8,222 nt of DNA from the NCBI GenBank assembly GCA_023136205.1, contig JAGLRQ010000061.1, positions 1-8,222 of the forward strand. The letters are read 5' to 3'. Source of the stretch: Candidatus Auribacterota bacterium (GTDB lineage: Bacteria > Auribacterota > UBA6266). Shown one piece after another: positions 5,665 through 8,222 of this stretch. Numbering within the stretch: the stretch's first letter is position 1; each line of letters starts with the position of its first letter. The position numbers and the translations under genes are program-made. The notes beneath the pieces were generated by a model. The model saw only the letters and a list, made by a program, of their open reading frames with translations. It did not search any database and was not told the origin of the DNA.

Positions 5665-6833
5665 TGAAAGAGACTAAAAAACTTTTATTGATGACTGCGG
5701 TATTCCTGGGATGTTTTTATTTTCCTGTTGAATTATTGCCGTTCAGGAATCCGGTATTTGAGGCTTTGGCATTGGTTAGATGGTATGCGCGTGAACACGT
5801 CCTGCTTTGCCTTGTGCCGGCCTTTTTTATTGCCGGTGCCGTTTCTGTTTTTATAAAACAGTCAGCGGTTATTAAATACTTTGGCGCGAAAGCTAATAAG
5901 ATATTAGCTTATAGTGTGGCTTCTGTTTCAGGCGCGATTCTGGCTGTATGTTCCTGTACGGTTTTGCCCTTGTTTTCCGGTATATATAAAAGAGGCGCGG
6001 GGCTTGGCCCCGCGACAGCGTTTCTTTATTCGGGGCCTGCTATAAATGTTCTGGCTATTATCATGACCGCGCGCGTTTTGGGCTGGCAGCTTGGTGTCGC
6101 GAGGGCGCTTGGTGCTGTTGTCTTTAGTGTTGTTATTGGATTACTGATGCATATTATTTTTCTTAAAGAAGAAAGGGCTCGTCACGCGAATGGTTCATTT
6201 TCGATTGACGGTGAAAAGGAAAGCAGGCCTCTATGGAAGAATGCCCTTTATTTTTTCTCTATGGTATCTGTTCTGGTTTTTGCTAACTGGGGGAAGCCTC
6301 AGGTTGGTGATACAGGATTCGTAGGCCTGCTTTTTAGAATGAAGTGGTATTTGACAGTTGCCTTTTTAGTTATGCTTATTGTCATGATCATAAGATGGTT
6401 TAAGAAAAGTGAACTTAAACAATGGACAAAAGCGAGCTGGAATTTTGCTAATCAGATCATGCCGTTATTATTCTGGGGGGTATTGATCGCCGGATTGCTT
6501 TTAGGAAGATCCGGCGGGGAAGGAATAATTCCATCAAAATTCATAACGACATTGGTCGGAGGCAATTCTTTATTTGCTAACTGCTTTGCTTCCATTGCCG
6601 GCGCTTTTATGTATTTTGCCACGCTGACGGAGATTCCTATATTGCGGGGATTAATTGGCTCAGGCATGGGCAAAGGCCCGGCACTTGCGCTTCTTTTAGC
6701 CGGGCCGGCGCTAAGTTTGCCGAATATGCTTGTTATCAGAGGCGTTATCGGGGGAAAAAAAACTGTTGTATATGTTGGTTTGGTTATTGTTATGGCCGCG
6801 ATAAGCGGCATTTTATTTGGGAGTTTTGTATAA
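5664..6833 (+). CDS. COG0701 / PF03773 (ArsP_1, DUF318) family permease, 389 aa, multi-pass membrane protein with a vicinal-cysteine CSC motif
   Basis: GAILAVCSCTVLPLFSGIYKRGAGLGPATAFLYSGPAINVLAI matches the family hallmark (Cys codons at 5949-5951 and 5955-5957). There are many hydrophobic segments, plus a second half-repeat ...TLTEIPILRGLIGSGMGKGPALALLLAGPALSLPNM. The ATG at 5664 shares one nucleotide with the DUF134 TGA (5662-5664). AAGGTG lies at 5654-5659. Confidence 0.85.
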   Translation: MKETKKLLLMTAVFLGCFYFPVELLPFRNPVFEALALVRWYAREHVLLCLVPAFFIAGAVSVFIKQSAVIKYFGAKANKILAYSVASVSGAILAVCSCTVLPLFSGIYKRGAGLGPATAFLYSGPAINVLAIIMTARVLGWQLGVARALGAVVFSVVIGLLMHIIFLKEERARHANGSFSIDGEKESRPLWKNALYFFSMVSVLVFANWGKPQVGDTGFVGLLFRMKWYLTVAFLVMLIVMIIRWFKKSELKQWTKASWNFANQIMPLLFWGVLIAGLLLGRSGGEGIIPSKFITTLVGGNSLFANCFASIAGAFMYFATLTEIPILRGLIGSGMGKGPALALLLAGPALSLPNMLVIRGVIGGKKTVVYVGLVIVMAAISGILFGSFV

Positions 6834-6849
6834 AACAGGAGCTTACGAA

Positions 6850-7092
6850 ATGAAAATTGAAATTTTAGGAATGGGTTGCGCGAAGTGCAACCAGCTTTAT
6901 GATAATGTCCAAAAGGCATTGGAAAAGACAGGCAGAGAAACTGAAGTTGTTAAGGTGGAAGATATAGCAAAAATTACCGGGTATGATGTAATGGTTATCC
7001 CGGCTCTTGTTGTTGACGGGGAAGTGAGATCAGCGGGAAAAGTTTTATCCGCGGAAGAAATTGCAGGAATAATACAAAAAACGGGAGTTTAA
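6850..7092 (+). CDS. Small thioredoxin-fold protein, Thioredoxin_3 / 'redox-active disulfide protein 2' family (MTH895-like), 80 aa
   Basis: MKIEILGMGCAKCNQLYDNVQKAL...VIPALVVDGEVRSAGKVLSAEEI is the typical full-length pattern of this family. CXXC at nt 6877-6888. AGGAG at 6837-6841 lies 8 nt before the ATG at 6850. The TTG at 6817 in the ORF track overlaps the permease end and I reject it. Confidence 0.85.
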   Translation: MKIEILGMGCAKCNQLYDNVQKALEKTGRETEVVKVEDIAKITGYDVMVIPALVVDGEVRSAGKVLSAEEIAGIIQKTGV

Positions 7093-7093
7093 C

Positions 7094-7513
7094 GTGTATA
7101 AAAAAACACTATTTTTATTAACTATATGTGTTTTTATTTTTTCGGGGTTAATTTATGCCGCTGATACCGATAATAATCAGGTAATTGTTTATTATTTTTA
7201 TGGTGATTTCCGCTGTGCTTCATGCCATAAAATTGAACAGTATACCAAAAATGCGGTAAAGGAATTTTTTAAAGATGCGCTAAATTCCGGAGAATTAATT
7301 TTTAAACCGGTAAATATGGATAATAGCGAAAACCGTTATTTTGTTGATGCTTACCAGCTTTATACTAAATCTGTAGTTCTTTCTTTAGTAAAAGACGGGA
7401 AAGAAGTTAAATATAAGAACCTTCCGAAAGTATGGAATTATTTAGGAAACAAAAAACAGTTTTACGAATATATTAAAAGCGAAGTAACCAAGTATCTTGA
7501 GGAAGAGGTATGA
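7094..7513 (+). CDS. Secreted or membrane-anchored thioredoxin-fold CXXC protein. From memory it resembles the family labelled 'nitrophenyl compound nitroreductase subunit ArsF family'. 139 aa.
   Basis: N-terminal signal/anchor MYKKTLFLLTICVFIFSGLIYA|AD. VIVYYFYGDFRCASCHKIEQYTK carries the YF(Y/H)xxxRCxxCxxIE pattern (CXXC at nt 7214-7225). GTG start at 7094, with GGGAG at 7083-7087 lying 6 nt upstream. It begins 1 nt after the previous stop. Confidence 0.7.
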   Translation: MYKKTLFLLTICVFIFSGLIYAADTDNNQVIVYYFYGDFRCASCHKIEQYTKNAVKEFFKDALNSGELIFKPVNMDNSENRYFVDAYQLYTKSVVLSLVKDGKEVKYKNLPKVWNYLGNKKQFYEYIKSEVTKYLEEEV

Positions 7514-8217
7514 GCCAAATTTTAATCGGTATTGTTTCAGCCTTGTGGCTCGGTGTTTTAACTTCCATAAGCCCATGTCCACTAGCGACAAACATTGCGG
7601 CGGTCACATACCTATCGAAAAGGATGACACATATAAAAGCGGTATTATGGTCGGGGATTGCATATACCTTTGGCAGGATGGCGGCCTATGCGGCCCTGGG
7701 CTTTATAATTGTTAATTCGCTCTTGGGTGTTCCGGCCGTTGCCCGATTTCTGCAGGAGTACATGAACAAAGCTTTAGGCCTGATTCTTATCTTTGCAGGA
7801 TTGTTTTTATTGGGTATAGTGAAGCTAAATATCCCGGGATTTTCCATATCATCAAAAAAGCAGGAAGGCCTGGCTAAAGCGGGTGTAAAAGGTTCTTTTG
7901 CCCTAGGGGTTCTTTTTGCCCTCTCTTTTTGTCCTATTTCCGCGGGATTATTTTTCGGCAGCCTGATCCCTCTTTCCCTGCAGCATAAGTTTGGCTCGCT
8001 GCTGCCTTTTATCTATGGTTTTGGCACAGGCTTGCCGGTTTTATTTTTTTCGCTTTGCATAGTGTTTGGCGTGAAGTCTTTTGATAAGTGGTTTCATCAT
8101 TTCAGCAGGCTTGAGTATTACGCGAAAAAAGTTACGGCAGTCATATTTATTCTGGTTGGTTTATATTTTGTTTGGACGCACATTATAGCTGATTTTTTAT
8201 TTTGTTCCTTTGTTTGA
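7510..8217 (+). CDS. CcdA/DsbD_2-type (cytochrome c biogenesis transmembrane-region family) membrane protein. From memory it resembles 'ArsG family transporter' annotations. 235 aa.
   Basis: LTSISPCPLATNIAAVTYLSKR (Cys at nt 7576-7578) and FALSFCPISAGLFFG (Cys at nt 7930-7932) place one Cys-Pro motif in each half of about 6 predicted TM helices, as in CcdA/DsbD. The ATG at 7510 overlaps the upstream TGA (ATGA, 7510-7513). GAGGA lies at 7499-7503. Stop at 8215-8217, 5 nt before the window end. Confidence 0.8.
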   Translation: MSQILIGIVSALWLGVLTSISPCPLATNIAAVTYLSKRMTHIKAVLWSGIAYTFGRMAAYAALGFIIVNSLLGVPAVARFLQEYMNKALGLILIFAGLFLLGIVKLNIPGFSISSKKQEGLAKAGVKGSFALGVLFALSFCPISAGLFFGSLIPLSLQHKFGSLLPFIYGFGTGLPVLFFSLCIVFGVKSFDKWFHHFSRLEYYAKKVTAVIFILVGLYFVWTHIIADFLFCSFV

Positions 8218-8222
8218 CACCT

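Noticed and set aside
6817-6849. The upstream TTG start for the Thioredoxin_3 gene, which overlaps the permease 3' end.
   Set aside because: The ATG at 6850 is preceded by AGGAG at 8-nt spacing. It yields the canonical MKIEILG...GC..C N-terminus of this roughly 80-aa family.
6452-6919. 155-aa minus-strand ORF opposite the permease 3' end and the thioredoxin 5' end.
   Set aside because: It is antisense to two motif-supported genes and spans their intergenic SD. Long shadow ORFs like this are common opposite membrane-protein genes.
7497-7715. 72-aa + strand ORF overlapping the start of the CcdA-like gene in another frame.
   Set aside because: The alternative frame (7510-8217) has clear CcdA/DsbD_2 motifs and translational coupling. 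This ORF has neither.
1-8222. A scan for CRISPR repeats, IS or transposon ends, integrase or recombinase genes, tRNA/rRNA and long direct repeats.
   Set aside because: I found none by eye. The only strong repeat structure is the 30-bp palindrome at 5321-5350.

Overview
Low-GC bacterial-looking window. All eight convincing genes are on the + strand, are tightly packed, and mostly have Shine-Dalgarno-like sequences. I saw no rRNA, tRNA, CRISPR array, transposase or integrase. Gene order: (1) a 5'-truncated GH116 (GBA2-type) beta-glucosylceramidase-like hydrolase. (2) An 883-aa three-domain fusion of acyl-AMP/CoA ligase, phosphopantetheine carrier domain and PlsC-type acyltransferase. (3) A stand-alone 170-aa C39 (double-glycine type) cysteine peptidase with a complete catalytic set but no ABC transporter or visible substrate gene. 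(4) A 208-bp AT-rich spacer, ending in a consensus sigma70-type promoter (TTGACA-17-TATAAT) that is embedded in a perfect 30-bp palindrome. (5) A compact five-gene operon: a Cys-rich DUF134 DNA-binding protein, a COG0701/ArsP-type permease (CSC motif), an 80-aa Thioredoxin_3 protein (CXXC), a signal-peptide CXXC thioredoxin-fold protein (ArsF-like), and a CcdA/DsbD_2-type membrane protein (ArsG-like). The most interesting items are three. First, the palindrome/DUF134-controlled all-cysteine redox operon carries ars-accessory-type genes but no core ars genes in view. Second, the in-line carrier domain in the acyl-ligase/acyltransferase fusion. Third, the orphan C39 peptidase. All family assignments come from motif recognition by eye and need HMM or structure confirmation.
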